DNA of 64,000 nt from an uncultured Beijerinckiaceae bacterium (GTDB lineage: Bacteria; Pseudomonadota; Alphaproteobacteria; Rhizobiales; Beijerinckiaceae): assembly GCA_964235705.1 (NCBI GenBank), contig CAXSDP010000014.1, forward strand, positions 2,605-66,604, in the 5' to 3' direction. This document shows, piece by piece, positions 45,199-54,054 of the stretch. The position numbers were made by a program, and so were the translations under genes. The notes beneath the pieces are model-generated. The model was not told the origin of the DNA, did not search any database, and saw only the letters and a program-made list of their open reading frames with translations. The first letter of the stretch is position 1. Each line of letters starts with the position of its first letter.

Positions 45199-45711
45199 TC
45201 AAGTCGAGATGGTGCCGCTCGCCAGCGAGCCCTGCATGGTGGTGTCGAGCTGGCTGGTCGCCGCGGACCCCAGGTTCGCGCCCGCCGTCGTCGCCGCGCC
45301 CTGCGTGTCCGTCGTCACCGAAGAACCGGAGGGACTGCCGGCCTCGACGAAGTCCATCGTGAACGTGCAGATGCCGCCGCGCTCGCGCGACTCCGTGACG
45401 TTGAAGGGGTTTGCGTTGACCTGCTTGGACCCGAGCGTCGGGTGGATGAGCGTGCCGACGCCGCCGGCCTCCAACGCGGCGATCAGCGCGTCGCGGCCGA
45501 CGAGGTAGGTCGGACCGATGACGTAGCCGGTGATGGGCCAGCGCCGCGCGCTGCGTCCCATGTCCTCGGTCCAGGGCACGTCGCGCAGCGGGAACTCGTG
45601 CGTGACGTTGCGCCGGCCGCCGGCCTGCCCGCCGACCTCGACGTGGAAGCCGATGCCACGGAACGAGGCCGGCTGGAGCGCGGCGCGCCACGGCTGGTAC
45701 GGTAGCGGCAT
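45199..45711 (-). CDS. DNA circularisation N-terminal domain protein (Mu N-like)
   Basis: LQPASFRGIGFHV...GRRNVTHEFPLRDVPWTEDMGR...LIHPTLG. Confidence 0.92.
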   Translation of the reverse strand: MPLPYQPWRAALQPASFRGIGFHVEVGGQAGGRRNVTHEFPLRDVPWTEDMGRSARRWPITGYVIGPTYLVGRDALIAALEAGGVGTLIHPTLGSKQVNANPFNVTESRERGGICTFTMDFVEAGSPSGSSVTTDTQGAATTAGANLGSAATSQLDTTMQGSLASGTIST

Positions 45712-45725
45712 CGACCGCTCCTACG

Positions 45726-46100
45726 TCAGGAGGCGGCGACGACCTCGTCGCAGGACTTGCAGCCGAAGTCGACCGCGAGCTTGCCCTCGGTGGTCGAGAT
45801 CGTGAAGGCGGACTTACACCATGCCTCCGAAAGGACGTAGGTCGTGCCGTTGGCGAGCGTCACCTGCAGGGTCGAATCCACGATCGCCTCCAGCGCCGCG
45901 CACGACAGCCCGGGCACAGTCGAGATGTCGCCTTTCACGCCCGGCACCACTGGGGTCTCGACGTAGCCGTGGACGTAGTCCTGGCCAGCGACGTCCTCGC
46001 GCTTAACGGTCGAGGGCATCACCTCGAAGTTGCCGCGGACCGGGTACTGAGTACCGTCGATGGTGAAGTTGAGGACGCCGCCGATGCGGTTGCCAGCCAT
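45726..46100 (-). CDS. Tail tube protein (Mu M-like)
   Basis: RIGGVLNFTIDG...GQDYVHGYVETP. Confidence 0.9.
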   Translation of the reverse strand: MAGNRIGGVLNFTIDGTQYPVRGNFEVMPSTVKREDVAGQDYVHGYVETPVVPGVKGDISTVPGLSCAALEAIVDSTLQVTLANGTTYVLSEAWCKSAFTISTTEGKLAVDFGCKSCDEVVAAS

Positions 46101-46162
46101 GGTGATCTCTCAGGGATTGAGTGCGAGCGGGAGTCGCGGCCGCGCGGCGGCGGCGCGGCGGA

Positions 46163-47677
46163 TCAGGTCAGGCTGATCGTCGGGTACTGCAGGCGGAACT
46201 GGGCGAGGACGTCGAAATTGCGCAGCTGACCCATCAGCTGCGGCGCCCAGAGGATGTTCACCCGGTTCGGGTTGTTGCTGTCGATCTCGACGATCAGGTT
46301 GGCGATAAAGGCCGACACGTTCGAGATCAGCCCATCGTATTCGGCCTGGCGCGCCTCGGCGATCAGCTCCGCCTTGATGATGGAGGGCGTGACGATCGCC
46401 TGCCCGGGGCCGAAGCGGGTCCCGTCCAGCGCCAGCTTGTGGCGCGGGAACTTGGAAGTGATCGCCGCCTTCATGCGGCTGAGCAGCTCGGCGAGGTTCG
46501 ACAGCACGGTGATCAGCGAGAACGCCGTGTCGGCCTGCCCGTACAGGTTGACCTGGTACTGCAGGGCCTCGCGCAGGATCATCGGCTGGCCGTCGGACCC
46601 GAGGCCCTGCACGGCGAGGCCGCTGTTGACGAAGTCGTTCAACTCGGTCTGCGAGAACTGCTGGTCGATCGGCGCAGGCAGGATGCCGACGAGCGGCAGC
46701 GTCTGCAGCGGCCGCGCCGGGTCGTCGAGCAGGGCAGCGGCGCCCTGGGCGCAGTAGGCGGCGACGCACTCCCAGAGCGGCGAGGGTGCCGCCGGCTCGA
46801 AGATCATCGTCGAGATCACCGACGAGTTGTGCTCTAGCCCCCAGGCGAGGCCGTCGGCGTAGTCGGCGCGCAGCGCGTTGTAGACCCAGCCGTACTGCTG
46901 GCGTGTGAAGTACCAGCGGCCGCCGGCGGCGAAGCCGTACTCGGTGTTCCAGGCCTCCAGGCTGCCCGTGTCGTTGTAGGGCATGCCGACGTGGAAGTAC
47001 TGCCGCGCGGCGATCGCGCTGATCGCGGCGGTGAAGTCGGGCTCGCCGGCGCCGCCGGACATGGCGGTGACCGCGGCGGCGAGGCCGACCGGCATGGCCT
47101 CGCCGCCGAGCAGCCCGAGGTAGTTGAAGGAGATCGCGACGTCGTCGCCGGTCGCGCCCTTCCAGCGGCACGTCAGGTCAACCTTCGCCGGGTTGGTGCC
47201 GTCGACGGCCGCCGTGACCGGCAGGGTCGGGGTGGCGTTGATGGTGGCGACGAGGTTGGCGGCGACCGTCGCCGGCGTGTCGGTGGAGTAGACCGCGACC
47301 GCGATGAGCTGGCCGGCGATGTAGGTCGACAGCACGCCGGACTGCAGGCTGGTGCCGGAAAGCAGGATGGATCCGGCGGCGACCTGGCCGGCGGCGGGAT
47401 CGGGGACGGCGACGCACCAGAGCTGCTGGGTGTCGTTGCCCTTGAAGAAGCGGGCGACCATGCGCTCGAGCATGGAGCCGACGCCGAACAGCTGGCCGGC
47501 GACCGCGAGCGAGCCGACAGCGATCGGCACGTTCGGCATGACGACGCCGATGGCGAGGTACTGGCCGACGAGCAGCGCAGGCTGACTCTCGGTGAGGTTG
47601 CCGGCCATCGTCCCGTCGACGGTGGCCTGGAAGAGCGGCAGCTTCCAATTCGCGGGGATCTGGGTGGCGACGGCCAT
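46163..47677 (-). CDS. Contractile tail sheath protein (Mu L-like)
   Basis: LFGVGSML; DDPARPLQTL; DSNNPNRVN. Confidence 0.93.
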   Translation of the reverse strand: MAVATQIPANWKLPLFQATVDGTMAGNLTESQPALLVGQYLAIGVVMPNVPIAVGSLAVAGQLFGVGSMLERMVARFFKGNDTQQLWCVAVPDPAAGQVAAGSILLSGTSLQSGVLSTYIAGQLIAVAVYSTDTPATVAANLVATINATPTLPVTAAVDGTNPAKVDLTCRWKGATGDDVAISFNYLGLLGGEAMPVGLAAAVTAMSGGAGEPDFTAAISAIAARQYFHVGMPYNDTGSLEAWNTEYGFAAGGRWYFTRQQYGWVYNALRADYADGLAWGLEHNSSVISTMIFEPAAPSPLWECVAAYCAQGAAALLDDPARPLQTLPLVGILPAPIDQQFSQTELNDFVNSGLAVQGLGSDGQPMILREALQYQVNLYGQADTAFSLITVLSNLAELLSRMKAAITSKFPRHKLALDGTRFGPGQAIVTPSIIKAELIAEARQAEYDGLISNVSAFIANLIVEIDSNNPNRVNILWAPQLMGQLRNFDVLAQFRLQYPTISLT

Positions 47678-47691
47678 GAAGGCACTCCGGC

Positions 47692-47716
47692 AAAGAAAAA
47701 GGCGCCCGGAGGCGCC
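47692..47716 (-). terminator. Terminator-like hairpin just upstream of the sheath gene
   Basis: GGCGCC-TCCG-GGCGCC-TTTTTCTTT on the minus strand. Confidence 0.6.
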
Positions 47717-47745
47717 TCGATGGGATCAGGAGGGTGGAGGCCGGG

Positions 47746-48066
47746 TCAGGCCGTCTTGGGTGCCGCGTTCGACGCGGCGGGCGCGGTCGGTTCGGCGACC
47801 GGCGCGGGCGCCGAGGCCGCGGTGCTCGCCTGCTCGCTCGCCGCCGGCGCCGACGAGGTCGGAGCGGTCGTTGCGGGAGATGGTGCTGGAGCTGCCGGCA
47901 CGTAGACCTTGGAGGCGTCCTTCGTGACGCTGCCATCGGTGAGGCGGCGCGCGGTGAAGCTGTCTTGCGGCCACAGGCTGCCGGCGATGAGCAGCGCCGG
48001 ACCGTGCGGGTGCTTCAGCCCGACGGCGGTCTTCTTGGTCGGGTAGACTTTCACGGTGGTGGGCAT
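47746..48066 (-). CDS. DUF2635-like small tail protein
   Basis: VKVYP...LKHP...W..DSFTARRLTDGSV + Ala/Pro tail. Confidence 0.7.
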   Translation of the reverse strand: MPTTVKVYPTKKTAVGLKHPHGPALLIAGSLWPQDSFTARRLTDGSVTKDASKVYVPAAPAPSPATTAPTSSAPAASEQASTAASAPAPVAEPTAPAASNAAPKTA

Positions 48067-48632
48067 GGCGCGGGTTCCGGCATGTCGAATTGCGTGGAGA
48101 AGGCGGGCCCGAGCGGCGGCTGCGTCACGGCGTTCGGATTGACGGCGACCGACGTGAAGTCGTTCGGCGCGTAGGGCGGCCAGGCGGAGCGGAAGGTGAC
48201 CTCGAACTCCACCGTCGCCTGCGCCATGAAGGCGTTGGTTTCCTTCGCGTAGGCGTAGCGGACGTCGCAGCGCCGGATGCCCTCGAAGAGGTTGATCCAG
48301 GTCGCGTCCGTCAGCAGCGTGGCACGCGTCGCCTCCGCCAGGCCGACGATCAGCGTGTCGAGCGCGGCGTCGTTGGCAGCCTGCGCGACAAGGTCGACGA
48401 CAAGTGTCAGCTCGTGGAAGAAGGACGGCGCTCCGACGTTGTCGTCGCCGTTCGGCTCGGTGCGTTCCCCGCCGTGGTAAACGAGCGCCGCCGGCAGGAC
48501 GTCGTCCTTGGTCGGAACCGTTCGCTGCGTCGCGACCGTCTTCAGCCCGGGCACGGCGGCGAGCCGGGAGGCGGTCCCGTCGCGGATCTCAAGCGGACCG
48601 GCAGGGTAGAAAATCGGGGCGCCGATAGTCAT
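48051..48632 (-). CDS. Tail terminator / head-tail connector-like protein
   Basis: LPAALVY..GE; position between head closure and sheath genes. Confidence 0.7.
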   Translation of the reverse strand: MTIGAPIFYPAGPLEIRDGTASRLAAVPGLKTVATQRTVPTKDDVLPAALVYHGGERTEPNGDDNVGAPSFFHELTLVVDLVAQAANDAALDTLIVGLAEATRATLLTDATWINLFEGIRRCDVRYAYAKETNAFMAQATVEFEVTFRSAWPPYAPNDFTSVAVNPNAVTQPPLGPAFSTQFDMPEPAPCPPP

Positions 48633-48958
48633 AGGCCGTCCGTCTGCCGCAGTTTCAGGTCGGCGCCGCCCTGCCCGTCCGGCACGACGTCGATGATCGT
48701 GAACGCGCCCTGGGCCGTCACCACCGTGTCGTTCTGCTTCGGAGGCACCGCGAAATCGGCAAGCCGGATGCCGAGCGCCGGCTGGTTCGTCGAGTGGTAG
48801 GTGCCGTCGGGAAGTTCCTCCTCCGCCGGCTTCCACGACCAGGAGCCCCGCGCCGGGTACGCCGGCGCGCCGGGCTGCGAGGCGACCGGCGTCACGGTGA
48901 TCGGTTGCGCAAACACGGCCATCGCCGGTGCCAGGACGAGGGAGGAGAAGTCCATCAC
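48629..48958 (-). CDS. Head closure / head-tail joining protein
   Basis: AMAVFAQPITVTP...PPKQNDTV...VVPDGQGGADLKL. Confidence 0.75.
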   Translation of the reverse strand: MMDFSSLVLAPAMAVFAQPITVTPVASQPGAPAYPARGSWSWKPAEEELPDGTYHSTNQPALGIRLADFAVPPKQNDTVVTAQGAFTIIDVVPDGQGGADLKLRQTDGL

Positions 48959-49215
48959 GGTGCCGTCTTCCCCTCGCGTCGGCCGCCAACAACGGGAGCG
49001 GTGGCGGCCGGCTTCGGTTCAACCCTCACCGGCGCCGCCGGCGCGACCTCCGCGCGACGGATCGAGCCGTCGAGGAGCTTGCGGGTCGTAAACGTGTCCA
49101 AGGTCCAGCGCGAGCCGTCCTTGTCGAGTGCGCCATCGGTGGGATGGCGCAAGCCGATCGCGCCCAGGACGTTCGGCACGACCTTGATCTTAGGTGCGGT
49201 CGGCTCGTGCCTCAC
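48955..49215 (-). CDS. DUF2635-like small protein (paralogue of 47746-48066)
   Basis: IKVVP...LRHP...W..DTFTTRKLLDGSI. Confidence 0.65.
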   Translation of the reverse strand: MRHEPTAPKIKVVPNVLGAIGLRHPTDGALDKDGSRWTLDTFTTRKLLDGSIRRAEVAPAAPVRVEPKPAATAPVVGGRREGKTAP

Positions 49216-49550
49216 GAGGCGGCCTGCGCGATCAGCACCTGGCCGGTCGAGGACGGGTTCGCGGCGGCCGCGAACGCGAAGCCGATCGGGAGTAGGCCGC
49301 CGGTGTTGACGTTGGTGACGACGTCGTTGACGGGGTCCCAGTACAGGCTGTCGCCCTGGTTCCAGGCCTGGGCGTTGGTCTTGGAGAGCGTGTAGACGCC
49401 CTTGTGCCAGAGCGCGGTCACCGTGCCGGCTGGCACCGTCTCGGATGCGATGGTGAAGAGCTTGCCGACGACGACCGGCTGGCCGCTGACGGTACCGCCA
49501 GCGGGCGCGGCGACGGTGAGGGTGCGACCCTCCTGGACGAAGTTCTGCAT
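49212..49550 (-). CDS. DUF2190-family capsid decoration protein
   Basis: MQNFVQEGRTLTVAAP...GVYTLSK...WNQGDSLYWD. Confidence 0.88.
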   Translation of the reverse strand: MQNFVQEGRTLTVAAPAGGTVSGQPVVVGKLFTIASETVPAGTVTALWHKGVYTLSKTNAQAWNQGDSLYWDPVNDVVTNVNTGGLLPIGFAFAAAANPSSTGQVLIAQAAS

Positions 49551-49637
49551 GGGTGCGGTCTCGCGGGTGAGGTCACGGGAAGGGTGGCCGCCCCTCCTCG
49601 GGACGGCCCTGGTCGAGGCTTGCGCGCGGTCGGGGGA

Positions 49638-52211
49638 TCAGGAAGTCGGCAGGGCGCCGGGGTTGCGGTAGCCGCCGCGGTAGTCGATGGCGCCGCAGCC
49701 GAAGTCGTGCTCCAGGGAGACCTGGACGCCCTGGATCCCGAAGGGCTCGTAGGTGCGCACACGCGGCCCGGTGGAACCGTTCAGGAAGCCGTAGACGAAG
49801 CACGGTACCCGGGCTGGGTCGGCCATGAGGTACCAGCTGTCGTCGGTGATGTTGGCGTCGGAGATCGACTGCAGCTTGCCCGAGAACGGGTTGACCGCCG
49901 AGAACTGCAGCGGGGTGATTGTCGAGACGATCTGGTCGGCGAAGGTCTCCTGCGCCGGGCCGGTCAGGATGATCCGGGGCGGCACGTTCAGGAGCAGCTT
50001 GGACAGCGAGCGCATCTCGCGCAGGCTGGCCCGACCGGCGGCGAGGTTGGCCACGCTGATGACGCCCGCCGTGGCGGCCAGGTTGCCGTGGGCCGCCGAC
50101 CACACCGCGTTCCCGTCCTGCGTTAGGGTCGGATTCGAGTTAAACATCGCGTAGAACGTCGTGTTCTCGAAGATGCGAACGGTGTCGCCGGCCGAGCCGA
50201 GGATCTGATCGATGGCGCCGAGCTGGTCGTTGACGATCATCTGCCGGGAAATCGGGAAGATAACACCGTAGGGTTTCACCGACACGTTCTCGCCGCTGTC
50301 GATCGAGGAGCCGGCCTTGAGCTCGCCGGTCTCGGTCACTGGCTGGAGCGACGGGAAATCACCGGCGCGGACCATCGGGTGCGGGCGGAAGTCGTTGAAC
50401 GGCCGCTCGATCGCGATCGACTGGTAGGTCGGCGTCATCAGCTCGTAGCGGGCGAGCAGGGACTTGTTGAGGACGTTCTGGAAGATCGCCGGGAAGTCCG
50501 ACGTCGACTGGAACGCGCGCTCGATGATGCCCAAGGCGTGCGCGGGCGTGCGGATGTTGCCGCGATGACCGATGCACTCCGCCGCGATCTCGACGAAGCC
50601 CATGCCCATGTAGGTCTCGGCGCGGGCGCTGTGCGCCTCGACGAACTTCTTGTCGGCCCGGTTCTTCGGCGCGTACTCGATGCCGTCGCTGCCGCGGGAG
50701 CCGAGCAGCTGGGTGACGAGGGCGAGCTCCATGGCGCCGGCGCGGCCCTGGCGCTCGTCGCGGTTAACCTTGATTTGTGGCACGTCGCTCCCTCCTCGGA
50801 TGGCCTTCTCGGCGCTTCGGGCGGCGAGCCTGTCGAACATGATCTTGCGCAGCGCCACCGGCTTGAGGTCGCGGGCGATCGCGCCGGCGACGTCGAGCTC
50901 GATCTTCAGGCCGCGCGCCTGGTCGCCGATACGGACGAGTTCGGCGACGTCGCGGCGGCTCAGGGCCTGCATGCCCGCGTCGCGGCGGGCCGCCGGTGCC
51001 GCGCGCTTGCCGCGCTGCTTGCGGTCGCCCTCGTCGTCGTCCTCACCGTCCATGTCGCGGTCGGCCATGACGGGGTCGTCGCTGGGCTCGCCATCGGCGT
51101 CGACGTAGTTGCCATCGTCGTCGACGTAGTAGCCGTCGTCGTCGATGGCGGGCATCGCGCGACCTGCCCCCGCATCGGCGAGGATCGGCTCGTCGACCTT
51201 GTTGCCTACGTCGTCGCAGTAGTCGCCGTCCTGGTTGACCCAGTAGCCGTCCGTGTCGACGGTCGGGGCGGCGCGGTCGGCCTTCATGGGCTCGTCGCTC
51301 TTCTTGCCGTCGGCGTCGCAGTAGTCGCCGTCCGCGTTGACGTAGTAGCCGTCCTTGTCGACGGTCGGTTTGGCGTCGTCGCGCTTGGCGCGGGTCGCGC
51401 TCGCGCCGCGCTTGCCGGCAGGCTTCGGCGCGGCGCTCCTGGACGCGTTGGTCTTGGACATGGTCGGTGTGCCTTTCTGGTTCTCGGGCCATGCCCGTTC
51501 GGAGGGCGCGTCGGCGCCGTATCGATAGGTGACGGAGCAGTCCCCGCGCGTGACGGTGATCTCCTTCGCGCCCTTGCCCATCGGGCTGGCGCGCAGGTCC
51601 TGGTCGGTCGCGACATCGCCGGAGCGGATCATCGCGGCCGGGTCGGCCGGCACGGAGACGAGCGACACCTCGAGCAGCTCCCAGCGCGTCGCGGTGAAGG
51701 TCAGCTTGTCGTCGAGGTTGAGGATCGTCTTGTCCGGGTCGATCACCGTCCCGCCGGCGTCGGTGATGGTCCAAGCGTCGACGCGGTAGCCGATGGAAAC
51801 GCCGGCCATCTCGCGGCGCGCCACCATGCCCTCGGCCTTCTTGCCGGCGTCGGTCTCCGCGAACTGGGCGCGGCCCATCACGCGGCCCTCAGCGAACCAC
51901 ACGTCGGTGATGCGGCCGAGCACGGCGTCCATGCCGTAGGTGTTGTGGCTGTCGAGGAAAGGGATGCCGGACGAGGCGAGCCGGGTGATGCACACGGCGG
52001 CCTGCTCGGTCGACAGGACCTCCGTGCCGTACCAGCGCTCGACGGCCGAGCCCTCGGACAGGATGATCTCGACCGTGCGCTCGGTGGCGTCGTAGGTCTG
52101 TGGCGCCACGGAAAGAAAGCGCTTGCCGCGGGTCTCCACCGTCTTCAGGTCGAGCGAGCGCGCTTGCCCGCCCGCGGCGGCCTTCGGCCGCCCGGTCGCT
52201 GTCTTCGCCAT
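49638..52211 (-). CDS. Prohead protease - acidic linker - major capsid protein fusion
   Basis: PFLDSH...GVSIGY...EVSLVSVPADP protease; STSDFP...DGW-like DSW..ADP...EHDFGCGAIDYRGGYRNPG capsid end. Confidence 0.9.
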   Translation of the reverse strand: MAKTATGRPKAAAGGQARSLDLKTVETRGKRFLSVAPQTYDATERTVEIILSEGSAVERWYGTEVLSTEQAAVCITRLASSGIPFLDSHNTYGMDAVLGRITDVWFAEGRVMGRAQFAETDAGKKAEGMVARREMAGVSIGYRVDAWTITDAGGTVIDPDKTILNLDDKLTFTATRWELLEVSLVSVPADPAAMIRSGDVATDQDLRASPMGKGAKEITVTRGDCSVTYRYGADAPSERAWPENQKGTPTMSKTNASRSAAPKPAGKRGASATRAKRDDAKPTVDKDGYYVNADGDYCDADGKKSDEPMKADRAAPTVDTDGYWVNQDGDYCDDVGNKVDEPILADAGAGRAMPAIDDDGYYVDDDGNYVDADGEPSDDPVMADRDMDGEDDDEGDRKQRGKRAAPAARRDAGMQALSRRDVAELVRIGDQARGLKIELDVAGAIARDLKPVALRKIMFDRLAARSAEKAIRGGSDVPQIKVNRDERQGRAGAMELALVTQLLGSRGSDGIEYAPKNRADKKFVEAHSARAETYMGMGFVEIAAECIGHRGNIRTPAHALGIIERAFQSTSDFPAIFQNVLNKSLLARYELMTPTYQSIAIERPFNDFRPHPMVRAGDFPSLQPVTETGELKAGSSIDSGENVSVKPYGVIFPISRQMIVNDQLGAIDQILGSAGDTVRIFENTTFYAMFNSNPTLTQDGNAVWSAAHGNLAATAGVISVANLAAGRASLREMRSLSKLLLNVPPRIILTGPAQETFADQIVSTITPLQFSAVNPFSGKLQSISDANITDDSWYLMADPARVPCFVYGFLNGSTGPRVRTYEPFGIQGVQVSLEHDFGCGAIDYRGGYRNPGALPTS

Positions 52212-52219
52212 TCGGGGTC

Positions 52220-53806
52220 TCACTGGTTGGGGGCGGATGCGCCGGGGCCGGCCGGCGCGCCGGCGGCCACGGGCTCGCCGGTGTCGTCGGTCGGCGGCTT
52301 GGCGTCGGCGTCGGCGGGCTGCTTGCCGGCTTGGTCGGTGCGCCGGGGATCGATGTCGAACACGAGGCCCATGCGGTCGCCGCGCTTGTAGAAAGCGGCG
52401 GACTGGTCCTGGACGCGGCGCCAGTCATTGCCCCACGAGGCGACGAAGTCCTGCGGCGACATCCGCCCGGACCGCACCGCCTTCATGTCCGCCTCGATGT
52501 CGTCGTTCGGGTTGATCGGCTCCCAAGCCGGCGTCACCCACTGCGCCCGATAAGGATCGCGGCGCGCGGGCAGCAGACCGGCGAGCACGGCGCGCGAGGT
52601 GAAGCGGTCCCAGGTGCGATGGCAGATGCCGGGGATGATGGTGTGGTGCTGAAGCTGCTCGGTGAGCCGGCGGAACTCGACCTTGCCGGCGCGCAGGCTG
52701 GAGAAGGTGGCGCCGCGCAGGTCCCCGGTGGCCTGGTCGTAAGTGCAGCCGACGCCGGCGGCCATGGCCTGCAGGTTGAAGGTCAGGATCGGCTCGACCT
52801 GCCCCGCCGAGGTCGGCTGGGCGAACTTGACGTCCTGGCCCGCCCGCAACTCCTTCATCATGCCCGGCTCGAGCGAGGTCACCATGGCCGCCGGGTTCGC
52901 GTAGTCGTAGCCGGCGATGCCGGCCCGCGCCGGGTCGAGCAGCGGCGCCGTGGAGTCGTCGTTGGTGATGAAGCCAGCGAAGCAGGCCTCGACGCGCGCC
53001 TTCACGTTGACGGCGTCGACGAAGTCGGCGAGGTCGCGCGCCGTCATCAGGATCGGCGCGAACCACGGCACGCCGCGGACCTGGCCAGGGCGCAGCGCCT
53101 TGAACAGGTGGATGACCTCGTCGTCGCCGACGAAGGTCGAAACGCCGGGGCGCATGTTGGCGGTGGTGATCTCGCCGGGGTGCCAAGGCAGCAGCCACAG
53201 CCCCATGCGGCGGTCGAAGTCGCCGAGGCCGACGCCGAGCCGGCTGCGGTCCAAGCCCTCGACCGGGTTCGCGGGATCGCCGTAGATCCCGTCGCGCCAC
53301 TGGTCGATGTAGTCCGCCTCGAGCGCCTGGATTTGGAACGGCACCGCGAAGCCGCCGTCGAGCGGACGGTCGATGAAGCGCAGCACGCACTCGCCGGACT
53401 CGACCATGGAGCGTACGGCGAGCGCCTGCATGCCGTAGAAGGTCATCTGGCCGGTCACGTCGGCCTTGCGCTCCCACTCGCCCCAGAGGGTCTCGAGGCG
53501 GCGGTCGTAGCGGTCCGATCCGGTGTCGGGCACCGGCACGATCCCGGTCCCCACCGCGTGCGAGGTGATGATGTCGAGCATGCGCGCCGCGTAGGGCGTG
53601 TTGCGGGCGAGGTCGCGGGAGCGGTCGCGCAGCGGGCGCATCGCGCCCTGCAGCTCGGCGTTGGCCGAGGTCGGCAGGGCCTTCCACGAAGCTGCGCGCC
53701 GCCCGACGGTGGCGCCCTCGTACATGCGCAGCGCGTGTCGCGCCCGGGCCCGCGACAGCTGGGCCTGGGGCGCGAACCAGCCGATCGCGCGATCGAGGGC
53801 GTTCAT
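52220..53806 (-). CDS. Portal protein, lambda gpB family
   Basis: YEGA..GRR; RSRDLARN; GQVRGVPW; GDLRGATFSSLRAG. Confidence 0.93.
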   Translation of the reverse strand: MNALDRAIGWFAPQAQLSRARARHALRMYEGATVGRRAASWKALPTSANAELQGAMRPLRDRSRDLARNTPYAARMLDIITSHAVGTGIVPVPDTGSDRYDRRLETLWGEWERKADVTGQMTFYGMQALAVRSMVESGECVLRFIDRPLDGGFAVPFQIQALEADYIDQWRDGIYGDPANPVEGLDRSRLGVGLGDFDRRMGLWLLPWHPGEITTANMRPGVSTFVGDDEVIHLFKALRPGQVRGVPWFAPILMTARDLADFVDAVNVKARVEACFAGFITNDDSTAPLLDPARAGIAGYDYANPAAMVTSLEPGMMKELRAGQDVKFAQPTSAGQVEPILTFNLQAMAAGVGCTYDQATGDLRGATFSSLRAGKVEFRRLTEQLQHHTIIPGICHRTWDRFTSRAVLAGLLPARRDPYRAQWVTPAWEPINPNDDIEADMKAVRSGRMSPQDFVASWGNDWRRVQDQSAAFYKRGDRMGLVFDIDPRRTDQAGKQPADADAKPPTDDTGEPVAAGAPAGPGASAPNQ

Positions 53807-54054
53807 CAGAAGCCCGAGTACCAGCCGTTGTCGCCCCGGGGCGCGAAGCCGCCGCCGGTGCCGCGGTCATGGGCGACCAGCACGGTCGCGGAGCTCTGCG
53901 GCGCGATGCCGAGCGCGCGGCGGATGATGTCGCGGACCCGCAGCATCTCGTCGAGCGAGCGGAAGGTCGAGCTCTTTCCCTCGTAGGACACGGAGGTGAC
54001 GCCAGCGGCGATCGCGTTCTCGATTGCGTCGAGCTGGGCTTGAGAGAAGGCCAT
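53806..54054 (-). CDS. Head-tail joining protein (gpW-like)
   Basis: LDAIENAIAAGVTSVSYEGKSSTFRSLDEM. Confidence 0.9.
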   Translation of the reverse strand: MAFSQAQLDAIENAIAAGVTSVSYEGKSSTFRSLDEMLRVRDIIRRALGIAPQSSATVLVAHDRGTGGGFAPRGDNGWYSGF

